Source: an uncultured Candidatus Saccharibacteria bacterium
GTDB taxonomy: Bacteria > Patescibacteriota > Minisyncoccia > Phycocordibacterales > DATDWN01
Direction: 5' to 3'
DNA length: 63,307 nt
Assembly: GCA_964426735.1 (NCBI GenBank)
Contig: CAYRRP010000004.1
Coordinates: forward strand, 25,142 to 88,448
The notes below the pieces were generated by a model. That model was given only the letters and a program-made list of their open reading frames with translations, did no database searches and had not been told where the DNA came from. Shown in pieces: positions 1 through 8,657 of this stretch. The position numbers and the translations under genes are program-made. Numbering within the stretch: position 1 is the first letter of the stretch; each line of letters starts with the position of its first letter.

Positions 1-55
1 CGTGGGCCGGAGGAAATCTCAATTCGACGGAATTGAGATTATCCAAAGGCACAAA
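1..55. repeat. 55-nt direct repeat, copy 1 (truncated by window edge?)
   Basis: CGTGGGCCGGAGGAAATCTCAATTCGACGGAATTGAGATTATCCAAAGGCACAAA recurs identically at 130-184. It contains the hairpin TCTCAATTC-GACG-GAATTGAGA. Confidence 0.8.
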
Positions 56-129
56 TAATCTACTACTCCAGATTTTTGCTTTATGTGCTCGACGGAGCCA
101 TGTTTTTGTACCAACAAAAACGGGCGAGT

Positions 130-184
130 CGTGGGCCGGAGGAAATCTCAATTCGACGGAATTGAGATTATCCAAAGGCACAAA
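130..184. repeat. 55-nt direct repeat, copy 2
   Basis: Identical to 1-55 and separated from it by a 74-nt unique spacer. Confidence 0.8.
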
Positions 185-204
185 AATATCTAAGGTTAGT
201 TTTT

Positions 205-996
205 ATGTGTTATATTTTATATATGAGTATTGCACAACTCCTTTTGCCAAGAGAGAAGTTTTCAGAAGCTTTTGATAATTATGGACAATCTCCACTTACT
301 TTTGAAATTGAGAAAGAAGGTCAATTATTATTTTATTTTGGAGCAAATCATTCTCATGATCCAGAAAATTATCAATATCCAGTACTTAGAGAATATTGGA
401 ATAGATTTTTGGAAACTACAATAAATAAAGAAAGATTAATTTTAGTAGAGGATACTCAGCGAAGTATACAAATAGATGAGGTGACAGCTATAAAATGTGG
501 TGCTGAGGGAGACTTTGTTTCCTTTCTTGGTGCTCAAACAAATATTAAAAACATTTCTCCTGATATTACTTTAGAAAAACTTGCGAAAAAGTTTCCAGAA
601 ATTCCAGAGGAAGAGGTCCTGTTGTATAGGTTTCTTGATGTGGTTAATGCATTTCAGAGACATCACCTTTCGAGTCCATTTGAGGATGTTGTGAATAATT
701 GGTGTGAAGATAAAAAACAGAAAGGGTTTGATGTTTCTCTGGATAAACTAAAAGATCTGTATAAAAATATTCTCGGCAAAGAATTTGATTTAAAAGATGC
801 TATGAATAACCTAGTTAATCCAAATAATACAGGAACTCGAATTAACGAAATAGCTCGATTGTTATCTGATGCTCGAGAAGTAAACATTGTTTCAGAAATA
901 GAGAAATATTGGAAAGAAGGCAAAAGTTTATTTGTAGTTTTTGGGTCAGGACATTTGGTCGTTCAAAGACCTGCTTTGGAAAAACTTTTGATTTAA
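205..996 (+). CDS. Hypothetical protein, possibly TraB/GumN/Tiki-like
   Basis: Long ORF with alternative ATG at 223. An N-proximal FGANHSHD and a C-terminal FGSGHLV resemble the paired GxxH motifs of the TraB/GumN family. The family assignment is weak. Confidence 0.55.
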   Translation: MCYILYMSIAQLLLPREKFSEAFDNYGQSPLTFEIEKEGQLLFYFGANHSHDPENYQYPVLREYWNRFLETTINKERLILVEDTQRSIQIDEVTAIKCGAEGDFVSFLGAQTNIKNISPDITLEKLAKKFPEIPEEEVLLYRFLDVVNAFQRHHLSSPFEDVVNNWCEDKKQKGFDVSLDKLKDLYKNILGKEFDLKDAMNNLVNPNNTGTRINEIARLLSDAREVNIVSEIEKYWKEGKSLFVVFGSGHLVVQRPALEKLLI

Positions 997-1054
997 TTTT
1001 TGCGACACAAGATATTTGACCTCGGATTTTATATCGTCGCAAAGCTTCGCTTTG

Positions 1055-1114
1055 CTCATCGCGCACAATTAAAAACACCCTCATGTGAGAGTGTTTTTAA
1101 TTGTGCGCGATGAG
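1055..1114. terminator. Perfect 24-bp palindrome (bidirectional terminator-like) that incorporates the tRNA-Val 3' acceptor strand
   Basis: CTCATCGCGCACAATTAAAAACAC (1055-1078) pairs with GTGTTTTTAATTGTGCGCGATGAG (1091-1114). The right arm overlaps the tRNA-Val 3' end. Confidence 0.7.
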
Positions 1115-1176
1115 GGACTCGAACCCCCGGCATCTTCAGTGTAAATGAAGCGCTCTACCAGCTGAGCTAATCGCGC
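1104..1176 (-). tRNA. tRNA-Val (anticodon TAC)
   Basis: The reverse complement folds as a cloverleaf: acceptor GCGCGAT/ATCGCGC, D arm AGCTCAGCTGGTAGAGC, anticodon loop TTTACAC, T arm GGGGGTTCGAGTCCCTC. Confidence 0.9.
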
Positions 1177-1268
1177 GATAAGATACAGTGTACATAAACT
1201 AGTAGATAATTTCAAGGTGTGGATAAATATACTAGTTAATCATCTATTATAAAAGGTATACTCTACTT

Positions 1269-1940
1269 ATGAAAGTTGTTGAAAGAGAACGGTCAATAAA
1301 GCTTAGAAAGCAAGGCAAATCTATTAACCAGATTGTCTTAGAAACAGGTTTTTCAAAAGCAAGTGTAAGTGTTTGGGTTAGAAGTGTTAAACTGACGAGA
1401 AATCAGATGAACAAGCTTTCTCTAAAAGGGAGGAGTGTTGAGTCTATAGAAAAAAGAAGATTGAATAGGCTTATTAACGAGCAAAAAAGAAGACGGTTGG
1501 TTATAGATGAGGCAAAAAAGGATTTCCAGAAAATATCCCTTGATGATTTAAAGCTTACTGGAACTATTTTATATTTGGGAGAGGGTACTAAAAGCAATAA
1601 AGGGATGGTTGTTATCACCAACAGTGATCCTGTGATTATAAAGATTGCAGCTAAATTTCTCAGAAAAGTATGTCAGGTTTCAGAAAGTAAATTTCGAGGA
1701 CATATCCATACGTTTTCTAGTGCTAACATAAAAAAGACTGAGGATTATTGGGCTAATGTGTCGGGAATACCTAAACGTCAGTTTTATAAAACATATATAA
1801 AACCAAGTTCGGCGAGTTTACAAAAAAGACAAACGCTACCGTTTGGGACATTTAGTATATCAACAAATGACACGAAACTTTTTTTAAAAATTATGGGATG
1901 GATTGAAAAAATAAAAGAATTAGTTGTAAATGATTTATAA
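1269..1940 (+). CDS. HTH domain plus LAGLIDADG-like endonuclease-fold protein
   Basis: N-terminal resolvase-type HTH (KQGKSINQIVLETGFSKASVSVWV). This is followed by LYLGEGTK...VVITNSDP, which is typical of single-motif LAGLIDADG-like proteins. Confidence 0.55.
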   Translation: MKVVERERSIKLRKQGKSINQIVLETGFSKASVSVWVRSVKLTRNQMNKLSLKGRSVESIEKRRLNRLINEQKRRRLVIDEAKKDFQKISLDDLKLTGTILYLGEGTKSNKGMVVITNSDPVIIKIAAKFLRKVCQVSESKFRGHIHTFSSANIKKTEDYWANVSGIPKRQFYKTYIKPSSASLQKRQTLPFGTFSISTNDTKLFLKIMGWIEKIKELVVNDL

Positions 1941-1953
1941 TAAGCCTGTAGAT

Positions 1954-2637
1954 ATGAATACAAAAGATAAACATCTGTGTGTAGGAGTCATTATGGACGG
2001 TAATCGTCGGTGGGCAAAAAAACGAAACCTTCCTGTTTTTATGGGTCATATGCAAGGATATGAGACCTTAAAATCACTTCTTGAGTGGGTAAAAGAGACC
2101 TCTGTGCGCACGATTATTGCGTATGCATTTTCAGTAGAAAACTGGAATCGTACCAAAGAAGAGGTTGGTTATATTTTGGATTTATTTCGTAAAGTACTCA
2201 CCAGTGAAATCACAGAACTTATTGAGAAAAAAATAAAAGTTCGGTTTATTGGAAATCTTTCACGTTTTCCTGAAGATATACAAGTATTAATGAAATCTGT
2301 TGAAGAAAAAACAAGACATTATACAGACTTCAATCTTGTTCTTGCGGTGTCATATGGAGGAAGGGAAGAGGTTATACATGCAGTAAATACTCAGTATAAA
2401 CAAGAGGGTTTATGTACCACAGATGGTCTAAAAAAATACCTATACACAAAAGATATCCCGGATCCTGATATGATTATTCGCACTTCAGGAGAGAAACGAT
2501 TATCTGGATTTTTACTCTGGCAGTCGAGTTACAGTGAATTGTTTTTTACTGATACGTTATGGCCTGATTTCTCTAAAGATGAATTTTTAGGTATGATGCG
2601 GGAATACACAGAACGCATACGACGTTTCGGTGTCTAA
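1954..2637 (+). CDS. uppS: Undecaprenyl-diphosphate synthase (cis-isoprenyl transferase)
   Basis: Motifs GVIMDGNRRWA, AYAFSVENWNR, RTSGEKRLSGFLLWQSSYSELFF. The start is chosen at the ATG just after the upstream stop. Confidence 0.9.
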   Translation: MNTKDKHLCVGVIMDGNRRWAKKRNLPVFMGHMQGYETLKSLLEWVKETSVRTIIAYAFSVENWNRTKEEVGYILDLFRKVLTSEITELIEKKIKVRFIGNLSRFPEDIQVLMKSVEEKTRHYTDFNLVLAVSYGGREEVIHAVNTQYKQEGLCTTDGLKKYLYTKDIPDPDMIIRTSGEKRLSGFLLWQSSYSELFFTDTLWPDFSKDEFLGMMREYTERIRRFGV

Positions 2638-2643
2638 AAAATT

Positions 2644-3378
2644 ATGGAACCAACTATTTTATATGAGGACAAAGATATTGTGGCAATCAATAAACCGAGT
2701 GGTTTGGTGGTGCATGGAGACGCCCTGTCTGCGCGGGCAGGTAAATCCATAGAAAAAACTTTGGTTGACTGGGTCAAAGATAAATTTCCAAACATAGAGG
2801 GTGTGGGTGAGCCGATTGAGCTTACTGATGAAGATTTTATTGACCGACCGGGTATTGTTCATCGACTCGACAAAGACACATCAGGGGTGATGCTTGTCGC
2901 AAAAACCAAAGAAGGTTTTGAAACACTAAAGAATCAGTTTCAAGAGCGTGAGATTAAAAAAATATATCATGCATTTGTATATGGAGTACCAAAACACGAA
3001 CGAGGACTAATCGATAAGCCGATAGGACGCAGTCAGCATGATATTCGTATGTGGTCATCCGAGAGGGGTGCGCGAGGATTAAAACGTGAGGCAACAACAC
3101 GATATGTAGTAAAAGAGTCTGGTCATGGAGTTGCTTTTCTGCAAATCATGCCAGAGACGGGACGAACACATCAAATTAGAGTTCATTTTAAGGCTATACG
3201 ACATCCGCTTGTAGGAGATAGTCTCTATGCTCCTACTATGCCCCAGGTACTTGGTTTTACACGTACCGCACTCCATGCACGTAGTATAGAATTTGTTAAT
3301 TGCCAAGGTAAAATAGTTAAAGTGGAAGCTCCATACCCGGCAGATTTTGAGCAAGGGCTTACGTTGTTGCGGAATTAG
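2644..3378 (+). CDS. RluA-family pseudouridine synthase
   Basis: Catalytic motif HRLDKDTSGVMLVAK and the C-terminal GRTHQIRVH motif. Confidence 0.85.
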   Translation: MEPTILYEDKDIVAINKPSGLVVHGDALSARAGKSIEKTLVDWVKDKFPNIEGVGEPIELTDEDFIDRPGIVHRLDKDTSGVMLVAKTKEGFETLKNQFQEREIKKIYHAFVYGVPKHERGLIDKPIGRSQHDIRMWSSERGARGLKREATTRYVVKESGHGVAFLQIMPETGRTHQIRVHFKAIRHPLVGDSLYAPTMPQVLGFTRTALHARSIEFVNCQGKIVKVEAPYPADFEQGLTLLRN

Positions 3379-3405
3379 TATATATATGTTAGATTGATTG
3401 ACATT

Positions 3406-3837
3406 ATGGCAACGGCAACAACACCACAAAAAACTATACATTCTCCAGTTTCTATCGTTGATCGAAAGAAGATGGATATTCGATCTGGAGATACGATTCG
3501 AGTATGGCAAAAGATTCAAGAAAAAGGAAAGACTCGACTTCAGGCGTTTGAAGGTCTTGTTATTGCAGTAAAACATGGGAAAGAGGCAGGTTCTACATTT
3601 ACAGTACGAAAAGTTGCTTCAGGAGTGGGTGTTGAGAAAATTTTCCCACTTTACTCTCCAATGATTGACTCAGTGGAAACTATCAAACGAGCAAAAGTAC
3701 GACGAGCAAAGCTTTATCACATCCGAGACAAGGCAGCAAAAGAAATTCGTCGACAGATGCGAAATACTCGATCAGCAAAAGCTACAGAGGAAACAGAAGG
3801 GGATGCAGAAGAAACAGCAGATCAAGCTTCAGAATAA
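3406..3837 (+). CDS. rplS: 50S ribosomal protein L19 with acidic C-terminal extension
   Basis: IRSGDTIRVWQKIQEKGKTRLQAFEGLVIAVKHG...FTVRKV..GVGVEKIFPLYSP matches the L19 core. Confidence 0.9.
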   Translation: MATATTPQKTIHSPVSIVDRKKMDIRSGDTIRVWQKIQEKGKTRLQAFEGLVIAVKHGKEAGSTFTVRKVASGVGVEKIFPLYSPMIDSVETIKRAKVRRAKLYHIRDKAAKEIRRQMRNTRSAKATEETEGDAEETADQASE

Positions 3838-3921
3838 TCTACTCAAAAAAACACCACCATGGTGTTTTTTGTTGCGGATAAATTAGTAGACTATATAGTG
3901 TGAGGTTATTATAATATATAA

Positions 3922-4602
3922 ATGGAAGGGGATTCAAAAAGAGGACCAAAACCAAAAAAAATTATAGATGAAACCTGGCGACCTGATTTGGCTTACGCTA
4001 TCGGACTACTTGCATCTGATGGGTGTTTGTCGAGTGATGGTTTGCTGATTGATTTAACCTCAAACGAAAGAGAGCAATTAGAAAATTATTCCAAATGTCT
4101 CGGTGTTAATTTTACAATAGGGGAGAAAAAAGCTAACCATGGTATTAAGTATTTAAGGGTTCAATTTAAAAATCGTATTTTCTATAACTTTCTATTATCA
4201 ATCGGACTGACAAGAAAAAAATCTTTAACTCTCAATAAACTTGCTATACCAGATAAATACTTTTTTGATTTTTTAAGAGGACTTTTTGATGGGGATGGTT
4301 GTAGTTATAGTTACTGGGATCCTCGATGGAAATCAAGTTTTATGTTTTATGTTGGTTTTACATCTGGAAGTAAAGATTTTATTTACTGGATTCGACAAGA
4401 AATAAAAAACAAGATAGGAATAAATGGGCATATTACAAAGTCAAAAAGAAAAAATCCTTGTTATCAAATTAAATATGCAAAAAATGAAGCTATTAAATTG
4501 ATCCAACAAATGTATAAAAACAATAAATGTGTTTGCTTGAGTAGGAAAAGGTTGAAAATTAATGAATCTTTAGGTACTATAGGCGTACCTCTAATTGGTT
4601 AA
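3922..4602 (+). CDS. Free-standing double-motif LAGLIDADG homing endonuclease
   Basis: Two LAGLIDADG motifs are present: LAYAIGLLASDGCL and FLRGLFDGDGC. Confidence 0.85.
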   Translation: MEGDSKRGPKPKKIIDETWRPDLAYAIGLLASDGCLSSDGLLIDLTSNEREQLENYSKCLGVNFTIGEKKANHGIKYLRVQFKNRIFYNFLLSIGLTRKKSLTLNKLAIPDKYFFDFLRGLFDGDGCSYSYWDPRWKSSFMFYVGFTSGSKDFIYWIRQEIKNKIGINGHITKSKRKNPCYQIKYAKNEAIKLIQQMYKNNKCVCLSRKRLKINESLGTIGVPLIG

Positions 4603-4621
4603 GTCTAGTGTATGAAAATTT

Positions 4622-4706
4622 GCCCAGGTGTCGTAATTGGTAGCCGAGCACCCTTGAGGTGGGTGTGCCGTAAGGTGTGGAGGTTCGAGTCCTCTCCTGG
4701 GCACCA
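4622..4706 (+). tRNA. tRNA-Leu (anticodon GAG), CCA encoded
   Basis: Acceptor GCCCAGG/CCTGGGC, anticodon loop TTGAGGT, long variable arm, T arm GGAGGTTCGAGTCCTCT, 3' ACCA. Confidence 0.9.
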
Positions 4707-4745
4707 TAAGAAAAAACCGCTTAATGCGGTTTTTTCTTATGGTGC
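4701..4745. terminator. Perfect 20-bp palindrome that includes the tRNA-Leu 3' end and CCA
   Basis: GCACCATAAGAAAAAACCGC (4701-4720) pairs with GCGGTTTTTTCTTATGGTGC (4726-4745). Confidence 0.75.
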
Positions 4746-4793
4746 ACAGAGCAAAGCAAAGCTTTGCGGAGAGGACTCGAACGACGACCCATC

Positions 4794-6071
4794 CTATTTC
4801 TTCGACGGCAATATAATCTCCGTCACGGTATACGCTGGGTCTGTGAGATATATTCCTATATTTTGCATATCTTCAAATGTCATTGTTTCCCGATCTTCGA
4901 TATTCTCAGTAAGTTTTTTTATAGTGTTGGTACGAACAACCTCAGATGTTACATTGTGTGCAATATCTTCACTATCGTGCTCACTTGCTCGAAGTTGTTC
5001 AAGACTTATATGGCGCATTTGTTCAAAACGATTTTTATATACATCTGTATGCGTGAGAAGTTTGATTTGTTCTTTGATTACATCGAGCACAATAACCTTG
5101 TGTTCTTCAGAGGTTTTGATATCAATAGAAAAATTAACATAATGAGCGCCGCGTCTGCTTGATACGTGGACTCCATAACAGAGTGGTTGTTCATCTCGGA
5201 GTTTCTCATGCAAGATATCCTGAAGTACTCGTCGGAACACATGCTCGTGGTCTCGAGGGTTTCCTCGGATATCTTTATGTAGGGAAATGTTTATCTCAAC
5301 CTGTTCTTTTACAAGACCGATTTCATCGGCTATTTTTACAATCTCATTGATGAGAGGAAGTGGAGTTTTTTCTGTAGTATTTTCTGTACGTAGGCCTTTT
5401 GGAAGTGTGTGTATTATTTCTTCCAAATCATGCAAAGATGAATCTTGAATATTTCCCACAAGAATAATATTCATGTTGACTGTGTGATAATGATTTTTGT
5501 GCCACAAACGCACATCCTCGGCAGTGATACCATTGATACTCTCGGGCCAACCAAGTGCACTTGAGACTCGTGAGAGTGAGTGACCAGGAAATACTTTTTG
5601 AGTAAATTCATGGATATAGGAAAGAAGTTTTTCATTTTGAAAATATCCCCACGCTTCCTGAGTGATCACTTTTCTTTCATGTTCAACATCCTCATCTCGA
5701 AGAAGAGGGGAGAAAATCTGCTCCGTCATTTTTTCAAGTACTGGTTTGAATTTTTCCGGAAGGCATTTGAGGTGGTAAGCAGTGTTGTAGTGCCCGGTGT
5801 ACGCATTCCATGTATCAAGTGTTTCATTTTTTCTCCACTCATTTACTTCTTTTCGGTCGGCAAAACTCGGTGAGCCGTCAAATATCATATGTTCGAGAAA
5901 ATGAGACAACCCTTCTTTTCCTCCTGGATCTTTAAACGCACCAGTATTAAATGAAATATATACATGAATACATGGCGCCCATGGGAGGTTCTTGTAATAC
6001 ACGGGCACATCGTTGATTTCTTTTTTAGAGAAATCATACGGGTCAAATGCAAGAGGTTTTGATTGTGTCAT
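4794..6071 (-). CDS. M16 (pitrilysin/insulinase) family zinc peptidase
   Basis: Inverted zinc motif HFLEHMIF (HxxEH) near the N-terminus. Size of about 425 aa fits the family. Confidence 0.85.
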   Translation of the reverse strand: MTQSKPLAFDPYDFSKKEINDVPVYYKNLPWAPCIHVYISFNTGAFKDPGGKEGLSHFLEHMIFDGSPSFADRKEVNEWRKNETLDTWNAYTGHYNTAYHLKCLPEKFKPVLEKMTEQIFSPLLRDEDVEHERKVITQEAWGYFQNEKLLSYIHEFTQKVFPGHSLSRVSSALGWPESINGITAEDVRLWHKNHYHTVNMNIILVGNIQDSSLHDLEEIIHTLPKGLRTENTTEKTPLPLINEIVKIADEIGLVKEQVEINISLHKDIRGNPRDHEHVFRRVLQDILHEKLRDEQPLCYGVHVSSRRGAHYVNFSIDIKTSEEHKVIVLDVIKEQIKLLTHTDVYKNRFEQMRHISLEQLRASEHDSEDIAHNVTSEVVRTNTIKKLTENIEDRETMTFEDMQNIGIYLTDPAYTVTEIILPSKK

Positions 6072-6218
6072 GTGTTGAGTATATGGCTAAAGTGTATGTC
6101 GGGGCAAGAGGGTGTAGTTTTTGGTTTGTTGTCTGTGTAAGTAAGGATGGTGGTTTCTGTATTTACAGAAGCCACCATCTTTACTTGAAAAAATTAATTT
6201 GCTAAAATTTAAATCAAG

Positions 6219-6725
6219 ATGGTAAGTGTATTTTGCATGTTTTGTTCAAAAAATTTTTCCACCAAACCTTCCTGGGTAGCAAGGGGATATGGAAAGTATT
6301 GCAGTATGACATGTAAGATAAAAGCTCAAAAAACAGGTCAGATTGTAAATTGTGCTGTGTGCGGAAAAGAGACGTATAAAACCATAAAAGCACTTAGGTT
6401 ATCTAAAAGTAAAAAATATTTTTGCAATAAATCTTGTCAGGCTATATGGAGAAATGCTGAGTTTGTAGGGGAAAAACACTCAAATTACATCTCAGGTAAA
6501 TCTTCGTATAAAAGTATTTTAACTAGAAATAAATTTCCTAAGATTTGTGGTTTGTGTGGTACGGAGGATGTGAGGGTGTTGGCAGTGCATCATGTTGATG
6601 GTAATCATTATAATAATGAAGTTAATAATTTAGCTTGGCTGTGTCATAATTGCCATCACCTAGTACATCATGATAATGTAGAAAAGCTTAAGTTTGCAGG
6701 TATACATAGACTTAGAGCGCAGTAA
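6219..6725 (+). CDS. HNH endonuclease with N-terminal Cys-rich zinc ribbons
   Basis: HHVDGNHYNNEVNNLAWLCHNCHHLVHH is an HNH core. Upstream CxxC pairs (CMFC, CSMTC, CAVC, CNKSC) are present. Confidence 0.85.
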   Translation: MVSVFCMFCSKNFSTKPSWVARGYGKYCSMTCKIKAQKTGQIVNCAVCGKETYKTIKALRLSKSKKYFCNKSCQAIWRNAEFVGEKHSNYISGKSSYKSILTRNKFPKICGLCGTEDVRVLAVHHVDGNHYNNEVNNLAWLCHNCHHLVHHDNVEKLKFAGIHRLRAQ

Positions 6726-6726
6726 T

Positions 6727-6801
6727 GGTGACTATAGTTTAGTGGTAAAACTCCGGTTTGTGGAACCGGTATCGAGAGTCCGATTCTCTCTAGTCACCCC
6801 A
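6727..6801 (+). tRNA. tRNA-His (anticodon GTG) with encoded G-1 and CCA
   Basis: An extra 5' G pairs with C73. Acceptor GTGACTA/TAGTCAC and anticodon loop TTGTGGA. It starts 1 nt after the HNH stop codon. Confidence 0.9.
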
Positions 6802-6888
6802 CAATGAATTTGTATGTTTGTCAAATACTAAAAAATCCCTACTTGGTGGGATTTTTTAGTTCTATGTAACTCATGATACTCTTTAGTA

Positions 6889-7356
6889 ATGAGAGCGACT
6901 ATAAAAAAGTTAATCAGATTTTTTAGACCTGTCTATTGGCCACTTATAAAAGCTTATTTTATTTTGTTTAGTCCTGAAACTAAAGGAGCGAGAATTATTC
7001 TTACATATAAAAATGAAATTCTTTTTATAAGACATAGTTATGGACTCAAGTATAATTTTCCAGGTGGAGGAATTGGAAAATCTGAAGATCCAGAAGATGG
7101 GGTAAAAAGAGAGGTGAGGGAAGAGTTGGGCATTGATCTTGATAAGGTTCACTACATTACTTCACTTGTGCCAGATGTAGCATATGAGTATAGAAAAAAC
7201 ACGATATCAATCTTTACTGCAGAATTACAAACTAAAGATATTAACATTAACAATTTAGAAATTGCGGATGCACAATGGTTGCCACTCACCAACCCTCCCT
7301 CGCTTGGACATGTTGCATATCAAATCTTCCAGTTGTATAAAACAACTAAGGTTTAA
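6889..7356 (+). CDS. NUDIX hydrolase
   Basis: Nudix box GGGIGKSEDPEDGVKREVREELGI. Confidence 0.85.
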   Translation: MRATIKKLIRFFRPVYWPLIKAYFILFSPETKGARIILTYKNEILFIRHSYGLKYNFPGGGIGKSEDPEDGVKREVREELGIDLDKVHYITSLVPDVAYEYRKNTISIFTAELQTKDININNLEIADAQWLPLTNPPSLGHVAYQIFQLYKTTKV

Positions 7357-7422
7357 GGTTATAAACTTCCCAACAAAACAGAACAAGTAGATAATATAGG
7401 TATTAATTATTAATATTTTTAT

Positions 7423-7968
7423 ATGTCATACGTTGTCATTGAAGAGTCTCCTGTGTCTAAGTTTTTATTTTCAAATACTAAAACAGCGGTGTTTTGGTTT
7501 GTTGTTCGTTTGTATGTAGGGTGGGAGTGGTTGGTAGCTGGATGGGCTAAGGTGTTTAACCCTCTATGGATAGGGACTGATGCAGGAAAAGCAATCACTG
7601 GATTTGTGCAAGGTGCATTACAAAAAACAGGCGGAGCTCATCCGGATGTAACAGGGTGGTATGCAGCGTTTCTTCAAAACTCAGTGCTTCCTCATGCAAA
7701 GGTGTGGTCGTATGCAGTTGCATATGGAGAAGTACTTGTAGGAGTAGGTCTTATTGTTGGATGTTTTGTGGGTATTGCCGCATTCTTTGGTTTGTTTATG
7801 AACCTAAATTATCTGCTCGCAGGTACAGTAAGTACAAACCCTATTTTATTTGTACTTTCTATTGGACTTATTCTTGCGTGGAAGGTTGCAGGGTATTGGG
7901 GATTAGATCGGTATATGTTACCAAAACTGGGTGTACCCTGGAAATCAAACTCATTTTTTAGGAGTTAG
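7423..7968 (+). CDS. DoxX/DoxD-like integral membrane protein
   Basis: Four predicted TM helices. RLYVGWEWLVAGWAKV and the overall layout resemble the DoxX family. Confidence 0.6.
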   Translation: MSYVVIEESPVSKFLFSNTKTAVFWFVVRLYVGWEWLVAGWAKVFNPLWIGTDAGKAITGFVQGALQKTGGAHPDVTGWYAAFLQNSVLPHAKVWSYAVAYGEVLVGVGLIVGCFVGIAAFFGLFMNLNYLLAGTVSTNPILFVLSIGLILAWKVAGYWGLDRYMLPKLGVPWKSNSFFRS

Positions 7969-8039
7969 GTCAGCATACTCACTTTCGTTGTTTTTTGTGG
8001 TACACTGATTATCCTTTACGTCATATAAATATATATCAT

Positions 8040-8528
8040 ATGTATACACGAGAACAATTTTGGAAATCAGCTTCAAATGAAGTAAGAATTATTAAACACT
8101 TGGCAACTAAAATTCCAGAAGGGAAAGGAGACTATCGTCCTTCAGCAGCACAACGAAGTACACTTGAGTTGTTGCAGTATTTAAGTGCAACAGGTATGAC
8201 TACGTTTAAAGTAATGTTGACCGAAAATAAAAATTCATACGAAGACTATGTTGCCTTTAAGGAAAGTGTGACGATTGAAAATTTTAGAGATAAGATGGAT
8301 GAGCAAGAACGAGAGATGAAAGAAATGTTCGAAAAAATCACAGATGAAGATTTGAAGAAAGAATTTGATTATTACGGAAATCGAACAAAAGCAGAACATT
8401 TGATTGAGGGAATTTTGAAGACTTTTGCGGCATACCGAATGCAACTCTTCTTGTATGTAAAAGCATGCGGAGCGCATGTTTCGACTATGGATGTGTGGGC
8501 AGGAGTAGATACTCCATCAGCAAAGTAG
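8040..8528 (+). CDS. DinB-superfamily-like helical protein (hypothetical)
   Basis: Helical protein of about 160 aa with an N-terminal region resembling the DinB/YfiT fold family. The ATG at 8040 is preferred over the TTG at 7995. Confidence 0.45.
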   Translation: MYTREQFWKSASNEVRIIKHLATKIPEGKGDYRPSAAQRSTLELLQYLSATGMTTFKVMLTENKNSYEDYVAFKESVTIENFRDKMDEQEREMKEMFEKITDEDLKKEFDYYGNRTKAEHLIEGILKTFAAYRMQLFLYVKACGAHVSTMDVWAGVDTPSAK

Positions 8529-8640
8529 TACAATCACCTCATTTACGTCGTTGCGGTGCAAATTTTTTCACTCACCGTACGAAAAGTACGGCTTACTCAC
8601 ACATTCTCTTACGTCTAGTATCTGAAGCAATTTTACTACT
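8529..8640 (+). repeat. Dispersed ~115-nt hairpin repeat, copy A
   Basis: Core CTCACCGTACGAAAAGTACGGCT, with flanks CGTTGTTGCGGTGCAAATT and ATCTGAAGC shared with copies C and E. It starts at the stop codon of the upstream gene. Confidence 0.8.
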
Positions 8641-8657
8641 TTGAACAAATACATCAC

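Noticed and set aside
1-184. CRISPR array interpretation of the 55-nt repeats
   Set aside because: Only two copies are visible. A 55-nt repeat with a 74-nt spacer is outside the usual CRISPR geometry, and there are no cas genes in the window. They are kept as an unexplained repeat instead.
4768-4782. A second, minus-strand tRNA gene downstream of tRNA-Leu
   Set aside because: Only a 15-nt inverted copy of the tRNA-Leu T-arm region is present and no cloverleaf can be drawn. It is treated as a duplication scar.
4612-5162. Plus-strand ORFs 4612-5142 and 4764-5162
   Set aside because: The first begins inside tRNA-Leu and both run antisense to the well-supported M16 peptidase gene. The translations are low-complexity with no motifs.
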